NCBI GenBank assembly: GCA_038061125.1
Contig: JBBTZX010000049.1
Coordinates: forward strand, 1 to 32,198
Direction: 5' to 3'
Length of the DNA stretch: 32,198 bases
DNA from: Patescibacteria group bacterium
GTDB taxonomy: Bacteria; Patescibacteriota; Microgenomatia; Levybacterales; UBA12049
The translations under genes were made by a program, and so were the position numbers. The first letter of the stretch is position 1. Each line of letters starts with the position of its first letter. Positions 7,237 through 16,470 of this stretch are shown one piece after another. The notes below the pieces were generated by a model. The model was given only the letters and a program-made list of their open reading frames with translations. It made no database searches and was not told the DNA's origin.

Positions 7237-8976
7237 TTAAAATTTTTTCAGGATTGGTTTTAGCAATACGCCTTTTAACAACACTATAAATATAAATAAT
7301 AATGCTGTGATGCTGCTCAATTGAGATATCGTTCTGAGTCTAGTATTTTCAAATCTCAACTCCGCTTTGTATGTTCCAGGATTCAATTTAAAAGTGATGA
7401 CCCCCATATATTTGGGATCCTTAAAGTAAATAGGATGTGGGGAATTATTTATCAATAACGTCCAGTTTGGAAAATATAAAGTGTTTTCTTTAATTATCAC
7501 ATCTGTTTTTGCATCAATCAGGTATTCATGATCCGTTGGGCTTCTATAGATTTGCTTGATTTCGGCTTCACCTTTTATTGTTTCTATTGGTAATTTAGGT
7601 ATGTCTTTTAAAACAATATGATTTAGATTAGGATAAATATTTTTATAGATCGGGTCTGATGGGTCATAATATTCCGTATATAATGTTTCATAGCCTGCCC
7701 GGTTTACTTTTTGTTCAGGTACAATTTTTCTGTTTCCCCAGTTAAGAATTGTTGAAAAAATGGCAAAAACACAGATAACGATCACTATTTTTTTATTTAT
7801 TTTTTTTGCCACGATTGCTGCTATCGCAGATAGTATGAAAGCAATGGGAACTAGCAATCTCCATGCGAATTGTAAATTATTAAGATATGAAAAAGTTTCC
7901 CATATTTTTTTAGATACAGGCAATATCATAAAAAAAAGAATGAGAAAGGAAAATTGGAAAAACAATAAGAGAATCTTTTCTTTTTTGTCATGAATCCTAT
8001 TGATTAAGAAGAATGAAATAATGAATGCCAGTAATTGCGCATAGCCTAAAAGATAATGCGTTTCTCCGTGATGGCCTTGAAATAATAAGCCCAACATAGT
8101 AGGAGAATAAAGCAGATCTTTTAATGATAAAAATCCACCCGTAGGTAGAGTGAAGGAATATAGGGTATATTGCACTTCAAACTTTGCTGGTATCCAATAA
8201 AATGAAGATAATAACAATCCAAGTATTATGGAACTCAACCAACAAAGAAGGTCAATTTTTCTCTTATTCTTCTTTTTTATCCATATAATAAAAATATAAA
8301 TGGCAGCCAGATGAAGCACGATTAGCGAGGTCGATAAATGCGACAATATTAACAAGGCAAAGCTTATGGCTCCCCAAATTAAAAATTTATATTTTCTCGT
8401 TTCAATAATCTTTTTGGAAAATAGAAAAATTAATGGTATAAAAGCAAAAGATAAAGTTTCCCCAACAGATGCTCTAAAATGCATATCTACTAAATGAAAT
8501 GGGGCAAAAAGATATAAAATTGATGCAGTAAATCCGGAAACTTTTCCGAATTCTTCTTTTGCCCAGCAGTACATTGCTATACCGGAGGCTATAAACGAAG
8601 TTATTAATACCAATTTCATACTAGCAAGAAATGGAAAACCTAGAAAATGAAAAAGCGAAGCAAGATAAAATGGTAATGGATACAGAAATATAAAAACAGG
8701 AGTTCCGTAACCAACATTTGTCCATGCGGGAAATATGTTACCGGCTATTAGGTTGTCATAAAAAGACATAGCATAGTGCGTATGTAGAGTTAAATCCCCG
8801 CTTTCATAGCTGCCCTTTCTTAGGATACTTACAAGAGGTAACAGGGAGATTAAAATTAAAAGAAATAAAAGATTAATATTGCGTTTTGGGTAAATATACC
8901 TATAGATCAATACTCCTAAGAATAATGAAATTGAAGAAACGAGATTAACAGCAACCATCCTATACGGATCTATCAT
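7237..8976 (-). CDS. Polytopic membrane protein, GT-C-like (PTPS-related/YfhO-like); paralog B
   Basis: 579 aa with the same architecture as 5475-7232. Motifs: YESGDLTLHTHYAMSF, GTPVFIFLYPLPFY, C-terminal IKENTLYFPNW...GVITFKLNPGTYK and a terminal TM. The ATG overlaps the GT2 stop (ATGA at 8973-8976). Confidence 0.6.
   Translation of the reverse strand: MIDPYRMVAVNLVSSISLFLGVLIYRYIYPKRNINLLFLLILISLLPLVSILRKGSYESGDLTLHTHYAMSFYDNLIAGNIFPAWTNVGYGTPVFIFLYPLPFYLASLFHFLGFPFLASMKLVLITSFIASGIAMYCWAKEEFGKVSGFTASILYLFAPFHLVDMHFRASVGETLSFAFIPLIFLFSKKIIETRKYKFLIWGAISFALLILSHLSTSLIVLHLAAIYIFIIWIKKKNKRKIDLLCWLSSIILGLLLSSFYWIPAKFEVQYTLYSFTLPTGGFLSLKDLLYSPTMLGLLFQGHHGETHYLLGYAQLLAFIISFFLINRIHDKKEKILLLFFQFSFLILFFMILPVSKKIWETFSYLNNLQFAWRLLVPIAFILSAIAAIVAKKINKKIVIVICVFAIFSTILNWGNRKIVPEQKVNRAGYETLYTEYYDPSDPIYKNIYPNLNHIVLKDIPKLPIETIKGEAEIKQIYRSPTDHEYLIDAKTDVIIKENTLYFPNWTLLINNSPHPIYFKDPKYMGVITFKLNPGTYKAELRFENTRLRTISQLSSITALLFIFIVLLKGVLLKPILKKF
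8816..8853 (-). repeat. 38-nt exact repeat, partner of 7072-7109
   Basis: Identical 38-mer read directly. It lies in the codons for the conserved N-terminal LISLLPLVSILRKG segment of paralog B. Confidence 0.95.
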
Positions 8977-9872
8977 AACGATTTTATTTTATTGAGTTTT
9001 TCTTTTGGGTATCTCAAAAACTCTACAATCATAAACAAGACAAGTCTTGCTAGAATTCCTGCATAAACAACGAAGTTTATTAAAAAAAAGTTTTGACTTG
9101 AATAATGTTTATTGTAATACAAAAAGATTCCTTTATGGAAAAGAAGTAACGCTTTTAGCTTAAATTTACTTGTTGTCCCTCCGTGCATGTGTATTACTTT
9201 TACTTTTGGAAAATAGTATATATCCCATCCCGCTTTTATTGCCCTATAGCAATAATCTGTGTCTTCGCAATATATGAAAAATTCTTCATCCATATGTCCG
9301 ATTTGCTCTATTAATTTTTTTCTTATGAGCATAAATGCCCCAAGACCCCCAACCTTTGCGGGTTCGTTGTCCGAGAGATAAGTCATATAATAATTTATAG
9401 ATTTGATTTTCGGAAATAATTTATATAAACCAAATGGCTGAAAAAATGAGTTTTTCAAGGTAGGTATTGCATGCTTACAGGGGAGATCCAAAGATCCGTC
9501 ATGTCTTATAATTTTGCAGCCGCAGATGCCAATGTTTGGATTTTTGTTCATAAAATCTATTAGCAGGCCTATCGATGTGTCCTTTGTAAAGTTTACGTCG
9601 GAATTTAATTGAAGAACATATTTCCCCTTGGCAAGTTTTGTTCCTATATTACAGCTCTTGCTATATCCTAAATTTTTAATATTTCTTATTGCTTTAATTT
9701 TAGGAAAATATTTATTGATCATTCCTACAGAGTCGTCTGTAGACCCGTCATCTACAACAATAATCTCAAAGGAAATGTTTCTAGCGTTTTTATAAATAGA
9801 AGAAAGTGTATTTTTCAGTATTTTACTGGTGTTATAATTACAGATGACTATTGATATGTCTGGAAGTTTCAT
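8973..9872 (-). CDS. GT2-family (GT-A fold) glycosyltransferase with a C-terminal hydrophobic segment
   Basis: ISIVICNYNTSKILKNTLSSI...EIIVVDDGSTDDS...NLGYSKSCNIGTKLAKGKYVLQLNSDV and EEFFIYCEDTDYCYR are typical GT2 (WbbL/COG1216-like) motifs. The C-terminal FFLINFVVYAGILARLVLFMIV is predicted TM. Confidence 0.85.
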   Translation of the reverse strand: MKLPDISIVICNYNTSKILKNTLSSIYKNARNISFEIIVVDDGSTDDSVGMINKYFPKIKAIRNIKNLGYSKSCNIGTKLAKGKYVLQLNSDVNFTKDTSIGLLIDFMNKNPNIGICGCKIIRHDGSLDLPCKHAIPTLKNSFFQPFGLYKLFPKIKSINYYMTYLSDNEPAKVGGLGAFMLIRKKLIEQIGHMDEEFFIYCEDTDYCYRAIKAGWDIYYFPKVKVIHMHGGTTSKFKLKALLLFHKGIFLYYNKHYSSQNFFLINFVVYAGILARLVLFMIVEFLRYPKEKLNKIKSL

Positions 9873-9882
9873 TCTATGTACT

Positions 9883-9891
9883 GCATTCTAA
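9883..9891 (-). promoter_or_regulatory. Putative extended -10 (TGtTAGAAT) for the minus-strand GT2/GT-C/GT-C/O-MTase operon
   Basis: The minus strand reads tgttagaat, then 10 nt, then the ATG at 9872. Motif only. Confidence 0.35.
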
Positions 9892-9948
9892 CATTTCTCC
9901 GTTAAAAACAAAACTAAATTGAAGAATGAGGTTAAATATGGAATTTTA

Positions 9949-9957
9949 TGGTAAAAT
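9949..9957 (+). promoter_or_regulatory. Putative extended -10 (TGgTAAAAT) with the hexamer ending 6 nt before the ATG at 9964
   Basis: TG at 9949-9950, TAAAAT at 9952-9957, tgttaa, then ATG. The expected TSS falls on or next to the A of the start codon. Confidence 0.4.
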
Positions 9958-9963
9958 TGTTAA

Positions 9964-11223
9964 ATGTCAGCGATAGTAAGTAATGTAATAAAAATAAAAA
10001 AATGCAGAATATGTACATCAGCAGAGCTATTCGATGTAATTGACTTAGGCGATCAGCCGATCCCGAACGGTTTTTTGTCGAAAAAAGATCTTTCGAAAAA
10101 AGAACCAAGATACCCTCTTGTCGTTTGTTTTTGCAATAATTGTTCGTTGCTTCAGCTAAGATATTTAGTTAAGCCAGAAGTCATGTTTAAAAATTACTTA
10201 TATATACCGTCTTCTTCCAAGACAAGGGTTGAGCATTTTCGAAAACTTGCAGAATGCATTAAATCCATTGTTAAGCTAGATGACAAGTCTTTGGTAATTG
10301 ATATAGGAAGTAACGATGGAAGTTTACTTATATGTTTCAAAAATTTGGGAGCAAGAGTTTTGGGAATAGATCCTGCAAAAAACTTGGTTAAGATAGCAGT
10401 TCTTAATGGAATTGAAACTGTGGAGGGATATTTCGACTCTAAATTGGCATTAAGAGCTGCAAAAAAATATGGAAAAGCAAGAGCAATTCTTTCCACGAAC
10501 ACAATAGCTCATATTCCAAATCTTAATGAGGTATTGAAAGGAGCGAGTATCTTAATGGAGAAAGAAGGAATATTTGTAATGCAGTTTCCATACGTCATGG
10601 ATTTGCTCGACAAGAACCTTTTTGACACTATTTATCACGAACATCTTTCATATTTTTCTTTAAAATCTTTATTGAAACTTTCAGAAAAATCCGATCTGGG
10701 AATATTTGATATACAAAGAAACGATTTGGATGGCGGGGCAATAAGAGTATTTTGGAAGAAGGGGGAAGGGACGCGGAATAAAATTAACAAAAAAAACATA
10801 AACAAAATTCTCGGAGAAGAGAAGAGATACGGTTTATACAAAAAAGAAACATATAGTAAATTTGCAGATAGAATAAAAGCATTGAAAATCGACTTTCTGC
10901 AAAAAATTAATTATCTTAAAAAAAAGAAAAAAAGAATTGTTGGGTATGGGGCAGCAGCCAAAGCTAATGTTCTGCTGAATTATTTTGGGCTTGATACGAA
11001 AACCATAGATTACATAGTAGATTCTACTCCGTATAAACAGGGACTTTTTACTCCGGGTACACATATACCCATCTATTCTGAAGAGAAAATTTATGATAAT
11101 ATTCCTGACTATATTTTAATTTTCGCTTGGAATTTTAGTCAAGAGATTATTAAAAAAAACAGAAAGTACAAGAAGAGTGGTGGAAAATTTATCCTTGTTG
11201 AGCCTAAAATGCAAATTATTTAG
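9964..11223 (+). CDS. Zinc-ribbon C-methyltransferase family protein (NDP-hexose C-methyltransferase-like, Methyltransf_13/14 architecture)
   Basis: An N-terminal CRIC...(about 35 aa)...CNNC four-Cys ribbon, then the SAM motif VIDIGSNDGSLL, EHLSYFSL, and a C-terminal Rossmann-like RIVGYGAAAKANVLLNYF. This matches TylCIII-type sugar C-methyltransferases. Confidence 0.75.
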   Translation: MSAIVSNVIKIKKCRICTSAELFDVIDLGDQPIPNGFLSKKDLSKKEPRYPLVVCFCNNCSLLQLRYLVKPEVMFKNYLYIPSSSKTRVEHFRKLAECIKSIVKLDDKSLVIDIGSNDGSLLICFKNLGARVLGIDPAKNLVKIAVLNGIETVEGYFDSKLALRAAKKYGKARAILSTNTIAHIPNLNEVLKGASILMEKEGIFVMQFPYVMDLLDKNLFDTIYHEHLSYFSLKSLLKLSEKSDLGIFDIQRNDLDGGAIRVFWKKGEGTRNKINKKNINKILGEEKRYGLYKKETYSKFADRIKALKIDFLQKINYLKKKKKRIVGYGAAAKANVLLNYFGLDTKTIDYIVDSTPYKQGLFTPGTHIPIYSEEKIYDNIPDYILIFAWNFSQEIIKKNRKYKKSGGKFILVEPKMQII

Positions 11224-11272
11224 ACTATAAACTACTTTTATGAAAAATGAATTTTTTCTTTGATTGGCAAAT

Positions 11273-12238
11273 ATGAAGATTTCATTTATAGCAACGGTAT
11301 TAAATGAAGGAGATAATGTAGTACGGTTACTTAATTCTATTATTAATCAATCTAAAAAAGCAGATGAAATTATAATTGTTGATGGGGGCTCAACCGACAG
11401 TACGCTGTCGGTAATTTCAAATTTCATCCTGAGTAGAATCGAAGGACAAATTTCAAATAAAAATATAAAATTTAAATTTATTGTGAAAAAAGGGAATAGG
11501 GCGGTAGGAAGAAATGAGGCGATAAGACAAGCTACGGGAAATATTATAGTTTGTTCTGACGCAGGATGCATATTGGATAAAAATTGGATTGAAGAAATTA
11601 CGAAGCCATTTCATAAATTAGATGTAGATGTTGTTTCTGGTTACTATAAAGGAAAATCTAGTAATTCTTTTGAGAAGTGCATAATTCCTTATTTTTTAGT
11701 AATGGAAGACAGAATAGATCCGAATAATTTTTTCCCGGCGACAAGATCAATGGCATTTAGAAAATTGATATGGGAAAAAGTGGGTGGCTTTCCGGAAAAA
11801 TTTAGCAATAACGAAGATTATATATTTGCTCAAAACCTTAAAAAAATAAAAGCAAAAATCGTTTTTGAGAAAAATGCGATAGCTTATTGGTTGCCAAAAA
11901 AAAATCTTAAAGAAGCGCTTATTTCTTTTTATCGTTTTGCAAAAGGCGATGCGGAGTCAGGAATTTTTAGGCCCAAGGCAATTATCATTTTGATGCGTTA
12001 TCTAATTGGATTAATTCTCCTGTTTGCTTTTGTAATGTTAAAAACATACATAATACTTAATGCATTATGCTTAATGCTTATTTTATATATTCTCTGGTCA
12101 ATATTTAAAAATTATAAATACGTAAAATTATTTGCTGCTGTATATTACTTGCCTTTAATTCAAATAACAAGCGATCTAGCAATCATACTGGGAACTATTG
12201 AGGGGTTTTCATTATCCAAAAATAATAATGGCGAATAA
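11273..12238 (+). CDS. GT2-family glycosyltransferase with a C-terminal TM hairpin (polyprenyl-phosphate-sugar synthase-like architecture)
   Basis: ISFIATVLNEGDNV...EIIIVDGGSTDST...GNRAVGRNEAIRQATGNIIVCSDAGC, then two or three C-terminal TM helices (AIIILMRYLIGLILLFAFVML...LCLMLILYILWSIF). The track ORF starts at a TTG at 11264; the ATG at 11273 (MKISFI) is preferred. Confidence 0.8.
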   Translation: MKISFIATVLNEGDNVVRLLNSIINQSKKADEIIIVDGGSTDSTLSVISNFILSRIEGQISNKNIKFKFIVKKGNRAVGRNEAIRQATGNIIVCSDAGCILDKNWIEEITKPFHKLDVDVVSGYYKGKSSNSFEKCIIPYFLVMEDRIDPNNFFPATRSMAFRKLIWEKVGGFPEKFSNNEDYIFAQNLKKIKAKIVFEKNAIAYWLPKKNLKEALISFYRFAKGDAESGIFRPKAIIILMRYLIGLILLFAFVMLKTYIILNALCLMLILYILWSIFKNYKYVKLFAAVYYLPLIQITSDLAIILGTIEGFSLSKNNNGE

Positions 12239-13880
12239 ACAGTTTTTCTTAAAAAAAATCGTTACCTCTTCGTTATTTGTTAGTATTTTATTTTTTTTAT
12301 TATTACAATTGCCAATATTTAATTACGGATTTAATTACAGAGATGAGGGATATTTATTAAATAATGCCCAAAGAATAAATAGCGGAGAAATACCCTATGT
12401 GGATTTTTCTTTAGCAATTACTCCTGGTTCATTCTATATTCAGGCACTTGCTCTAAAACTATTTGGAAATTATATTATTACAGATAGAATTCTATATGTC
12501 TTGTGTATAATTTTAGTATTGGTACTAAACTCTAGACTTTTTAAGTTTCCCAAACACTGGAACTATATCTCTTTATTGTTTTTGGCATTAATATATACAG
12601 GAATAGGAGCTTTTGCATCTTACAATATGTATGGAGTAGTTTTTGTTATGACTGCACTTTTTCTATTCCATAAACTAAAAAATGGTAACAAAACCTACTT
12701 TTATTCTTTTTTAATTGGATTAACAAACTCTTTAGTATTTATTACAAAACAAACTTATGGTTTTATTTTCTTTTTTACTTTATTATTTTTGATAGTTTAT
12801 TCTACCAGACGCAAAGACCGGTTTAAAAATATACTTTTTTACTTCTTTGGTAGCTTACTTCTGCCAGCTATTATCCTTTTGGTTTTTTATTTCAATGGGA
12901 TATTGAATAAATTAGTATATAACGTTTTTTATTTTGCACTGGCTGTAAAAAATGACCGTTTGCCCTTTATTACTACTTCAATCCTATTCATTCCATTGTT
13001 CATGTTTATGGTTAACTTTATCAAAAAAATCACTCCTAAAAAATTGGGAATAGTATTCATTTTCTTCACATTATTCATTTTTTTATATATTTTTATATCT
13101 CCAGCAAGAATTTCCTATCTACAGTCTTTTTATAAACAGCAAACAATTTATTATTTTTTACTTTTTTTTACAGTTCCCCTTACTTTAATAAGTTTATTCT
13201 TTAAATCAAAAAATGCATATAAAAAACTAATAGTAATTATATCTATTGAAGCGTTTAGTCTTTTTTTAGCCAGTGCTTTTTCAGGTAGAGATTATACTAC
13301 TGTTATTGTTACAGCTCCCTTATATATTCCTTTGTTTCTGTATTTGTTTACAATTAAATACAAAAAATTCAAGTTGCCGTTAAGCAATATCTCTATATCC
13401 CTATTGCTAATTTTATTTATATTTCCATCTATTTTATCATTGACTGAAATCTATGGTAAGTTATATGGGATTGGATATAGGAAAGAAATTTATGCAAATT
13501 TAGATATTAAAGAGGCAAAATATATAAAAATTCCTATAAATCAAAAAAATGACTTGGAATTAGTAACTAATTACATTAAAAGTAATGCATCGTCGAGCAC
13601 TAAATTACTTTGTGTTCCGTATTGTTCATTTTGGAACTTTTTAGGCGAAAGAAAAAATGCATCATATTTTAGTTTTTTCTATAAGTTCAATAAGGATGAT
13701 CAAGATAGGGTTATAGACGATCTTAAGAGAAATGATGATTCAGTAATATTGGTTCAGAGGCCAAACGTAATTGAGAAAGAGGCTAATTATGAAGACGAAA
13801 ATCTTAATTTATTGAAAACATTTATATATAAAAAACATAAATTAGTTAAAACAACAGAAAATTTCTATATTTATAGATAA
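12228..13880 (+). CDS. GT-C fold membrane glycosyltransferase (ArnT/PMT GT39/GT83-like)
   Basis: Polytopic protein. The first-loop acidic motif NYRDEGYLLNNAQRINSGEIPYVDF follows TM1, and there is a soluble C-terminal domain. The track start is a TTG at 12198; the ATG at 12228 (MANKQFF) is preferred and overlaps the GT2 stop by 11 nt. Confidence 0.7.
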   Translation: MANKQFFLKKIVTSSLFVSILFFLLLQLPIFNYGFNYRDEGYLLNNAQRINSGEIPYVDFSLAITPGSFYIQALALKLFGNYIITDRILYVLCIILVLVLNSRLFKFPKHWNYISLLFLALIYTGIGAFASYNMYGVVFVMTALFLFHKLKNGNKTYFYSFLIGLTNSLVFITKQTYGFIFFFTLLFLIVYSTRRKDRFKNILFYFFGSLLLPAIILLVFYFNGILNKLVYNVFYFALAVKNDRLPFITTSILFIPLFMFMVNFIKKITPKKLGIVFIFFTLFIFLYIFISPARISYLQSFYKQQTIYYFLLFFTVPLTLISLFFKSKNAYKKLIVIISIEAFSLFLASAFSGRDYTTVIVTAPLYIPLFLYLFTIKYKKFKLPLSNISISLLLILFIFPSILSLTEIYGKLYGIGYRKEIYANLDIKEAKYIKIPINQKNDLELVTNYIKSNASSSTKLLCVPYCSFWNFLGERKNASYFSFFYKFNKDDQDRVIDDLKRNDDSVILVQRPNVIEKEANYEDENLNLLKTFIYKKHKLVKTTENFYIYR

Positions 13881-13916
13881 TGATTGTGCCAAAATGTTAA
13901 AAACTTTAAAGAAATT

Positions 13917-14750
13917 ATGAAAAGTGTTAGTTCGAAAATATACGATAAAAAATATTACCTTACCGTATGTCCAGGATCGGAAGAGTTTAAGGAGAGCGGT
14001 GGGAAAAAATTGCATCTGCGATTAGAAAAACTATTACAGCAAATTACTATAGATAAATCTACTAAGATTCTCGATGTAGGTTGCGGTAGGGGAGATATAG
14101 CTCTTTATTTAGGCAGAAATTCCGAAGAAGCGATTGGCATAGATTACTCAAAAGAGGCTATTGAATTGGCGGATTCTATCAAGGAAAATTTTCCACTTGC
14201 CATACGGAAAAAAGTACATTTTAAAGTTATGAATATTAAAACATTATCTTTTCCCGATAATTATTTTGACGTAGTTATTTGTATAGACGTATTGGAGCAT
14301 TTGTATAAAGATGAGGTAAAACAGGCAATGCGGGAAATAAAGAGAGTCCTTAAGAACAACGGTGTTCTTTTTGTGCATACTGGAACAAATAGAATACTTC
14401 ATGATTATACATATAGGTACTATATTTACCCTTTAAATAAACTGATAACTAAAATTGACAGTTTTATTAGGGGAGTTACCTATGATTCCTTACCGGAAGA
14501 TCCTAGAACGGTCGATGAGAAAAGGCAACATGTCAATGAACCAACATATTTCTATCTTAAGAATCTATTCTCTAAATTTAAATTTGAAGGTAAGATAAAA
14601 ACTGAAATTGGCTACATAAAGCCAGTAAAAAGCGTTAAAACAATTATTTATAATTTCCTTATCGCCTTCTATCCGCTTTCAGCCATTTACCCTTTTTCTG
14701 TTATTTTTGGCTGGGTATTTATCTGTAAGTTAAAAAACAATAAGCAATAA
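13917..14750 (+). CDS. Class I SAM-dependent methyltransferase
   Basis: ILDVGCGRGDIALYL (motif I), IGIDYS, FDVVICIDVLEHL, and a hydrophobic C-terminal tail. The track start is a TTG at 13884; the ATG at 13917 (MKSVSSKIYDKKYY) is preferred. Confidence 0.8.
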   Translation: MKSVSSKIYDKKYYLTVCPGSEEFKESGGKKLHLRLEKLLQQITIDKSTKILDVGCGRGDIALYLGRNSEEAIGIDYSKEAIELADSIKENFPLAIRKKVHFKVMNIKTLSFPDNYFDVVICIDVLEHLYKDEVKQAMREIKRVLKNNGVLFVHTGTNRILHDYTYRYYIYPLNKLITKIDSFIRGVTYDSLPEDPRTVDEKRQHVNEPTYFYLKNLFSKFKFEGKIKTEIGYIKPVKSVKTIIYNFLIAFYPLSAIYPFSVIFGWVFICKLKNNKQ

Positions 14751-14782
14751 CTCTGAATAAGCAATTTTCATACAGTCTAATT

Positions 14783-16435
14783 ATGAAATTCAAAAATAAA
14801 CTGAAGAATAACTTTTCTTGTTTAATGAATTGCATTTTACGTAATAAATTTCTTTTAAGTGTTTTAGTGATTTATGCGATTCTAATGTTAAGCGTAATCG
14901 ATTGGGGAACACCGAATGTGTCGCATCCATTTAATTATCAAATGGATGAATGGCATCAATTGCAAGCGGTAAGATCAACATTTAAATATCTTTCACCAAA
15001 TGTTTCCGGTTCTGCTCATGGAACAATGCTGCATTTCATATTATCGGGCATATATTTAATCCCATTTGTTATATTTGGAGCAATAAATCCATTTGCGATT
15101 AAATCTTCTGTTGATTTTTTGGATTTGCAGCAAAAGCTTTTTCAAATATTAAGATTAAACACTCTTATTTTTGGATTACTTTCTATATTTTTTATCGCAA
15201 AGATAGCAAAGGAACATCTTAAGATTAATCAAAACATGGCGATAATTCTGTTTGTTGTTACTCCTTTATGGCTATCTCTTAGTAATTATTTTAAGTACGA
15301 TATTGCGCTCGTATTTTGGATAACCATATCTCCGTATTATTTATTAAAATTTGCAGAAAAACCGACATTGCGAAATTATTTAATTGCCGGAGCCTTCTGT
15401 TCCCTAGCTGTTGCTACTAAAATTAGTGCTTTTCCTTTATTCATAGCGTATGTAGTGTCATTTTTTTTGTTCAAAAAGAAAGGAAAAATTATATTTAAAG
15501 ATTTAGGCATAGGGTTGTTTATTTTTTTTATAACTTTTCTAATTCTAGGCATTCCGGATTTGATATTGGGAAAGGGCAATTGGGATGAATTTTTATATTC
15601 AAATTTGGTTTCCGGTTCAAGCGGATATAGTAATGTCTTAACGGGATTTAGTAGTTGGTGGCAATATTTACTTTTTAAAGTTTTACCTATAGATTTCGGA
15701 TATGGATTTCTCCTTATCTATATATTTGGGATAATATATTGGATAATCTTATTTCTCAAGAACATTCTAAATAAGAGATTATTTTTATTTAAAAATGAAT
15801 TATTTCTGTTCTTCTGTTTTTTATTATTTTTTCTTAGTTTGGTTCCTCTCAAGCTGGGAGGAAATGGTAATCGACTGTTAATTTTACTGCCATTTTTCAC
15901 CCTTTTAGCAGCTTCTTTCTTGCAAAGAATAAAAAGTGTTATCGCAAACAACAACGTGGCAATAGAAGGATTACTAATAGTTATTTTTATTGTTCAATTT
16001 TATCAATCAATAATAATGGTATATGTTAAGTGGCTGCCTGATGTTAGACAGACATCTTCTCAGTGGATACAAAAGCATATAGAAAAAGATACGTTAATCG
16101 GCATAGAAAATATTCCCATATATCAGTTGTTACCCGATATTGTTGTTAAGGAATTTTATTCAAGGGACAAGAATTATGATTATCAAATAATCGATGCGTC
16201 AAGTAAGACTATCCCGTCGCTAGTAATCGTGACAGATAAAGAGCTTGATCTTAATTATTTTAAAGAATCAGCTAAGAAACGATTGCTGAAAAGATTGAAG
16301 GAAGAAGAATATAGGGAGATAATAGAATTTAAACCGCCAAAAATTTTATACTTATTCACGGGAAATGAACTGAATTATTCTAGTTCCGGTTTAGCTCCGA
16401 TATCGACGATATCTATATTCAAAAAAGATAAATAG
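14783..16435 (+). CDS. GT-C fold membrane glycosyltransferase (ArnT/PMT-like)
   Basis: 550 aa polytopic protein. The first-loop motif after TM1 is DWGTPNVSHPFNYQMDEWHQLQAV (acidic DE), and there is a soluble C-terminal domain. Confidence 0.65.
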   Translation: MKFKNKLKNNFSCLMNCILRNKFLLSVLVIYAILMLSVIDWGTPNVSHPFNYQMDEWHQLQAVRSTFKYLSPNVSGSAHGTMLHFILSGIYLIPFVIFGAINPFAIKSSVDFLDLQQKLFQILRLNTLIFGLLSIFFIAKIAKEHLKINQNMAIILFVVTPLWLSLSNYFKYDIALVFWITISPYYLLKFAEKPTLRNYLIAGAFCSLAVATKISAFPLFIAYVVSFFLFKKKGKIIFKDLGIGLFIFFITFLILGIPDLILGKGNWDEFLYSNLVSGSSGYSNVLTGFSSWWQYLLFKVLPIDFGYGFLLIYIFGIIYWIILFLKNILNKRLFLFKNELFLFFCFLLFFLSLVPLKLGGNGNRLLILLPFFTLLAASFLQRIKSVIANNNVAIEGLLIVIFIVQFYQSIIMVYVKWLPDVRQTSSQWIQKHIEKDTLIGIENIPIYQLLPDIVVKEFYSRDKNYDYQIIDASSKTIPSLVIVTDKELDLNYFKESAKKRLLKRLKEEEYREIIEFKPPKILYLFTGNELNYSSSGLAPISTISIFKKDK

Positions 16436-16456
16436 GCATTTTCAGACAGAAAAATA

Positions 16457-16462
16457 TATAAT
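16457..16462 (+). promoter_or_regulatory. Possible internal -10 box (TATAAT) 8 nt upstream of the flippase ATG
   Basis: TATAAT at 16457-16462, tacagaat, then ATG at 16471. Could be a chance match in AT-rich spacer. Confidence 0.25.
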
Positions 16463-16470
16463 TACAGAAT

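Noticed and set aside
11264-11272. Upstream TTG/GTG starts proposed by the ORF track (11264, 12198, 13884, 23069, 26627, and ATG 28206 for pyrF)
   Set aside because: The extensions add non-conserved residues, and some run deep into the upstream gene. In each case a nearby in-frame ATG gives a typical N-terminus (MKISFI, MANKQFF, MKSVSS, MFTIAV, MNFIQK). They are kept only as alternatives.
11894-11902. Homopolymeric A/T tracts (A9 in the GT2 at 11894-11902; A7-A8 runs at 10788-10794 and 10919-10934; T8-T9 runs at 15465-15472 and in ileS near 3205-3213) as phase-variation sites
   Set aside because: They correspond to Lys (AAA) or Phe (TTT) codon runs expected in an AT-rich genome. One lies in essential ileS. 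There is no evidence of frameshifted copies. They are much weaker candidates than the 7-nt repeat at 3920-3947.
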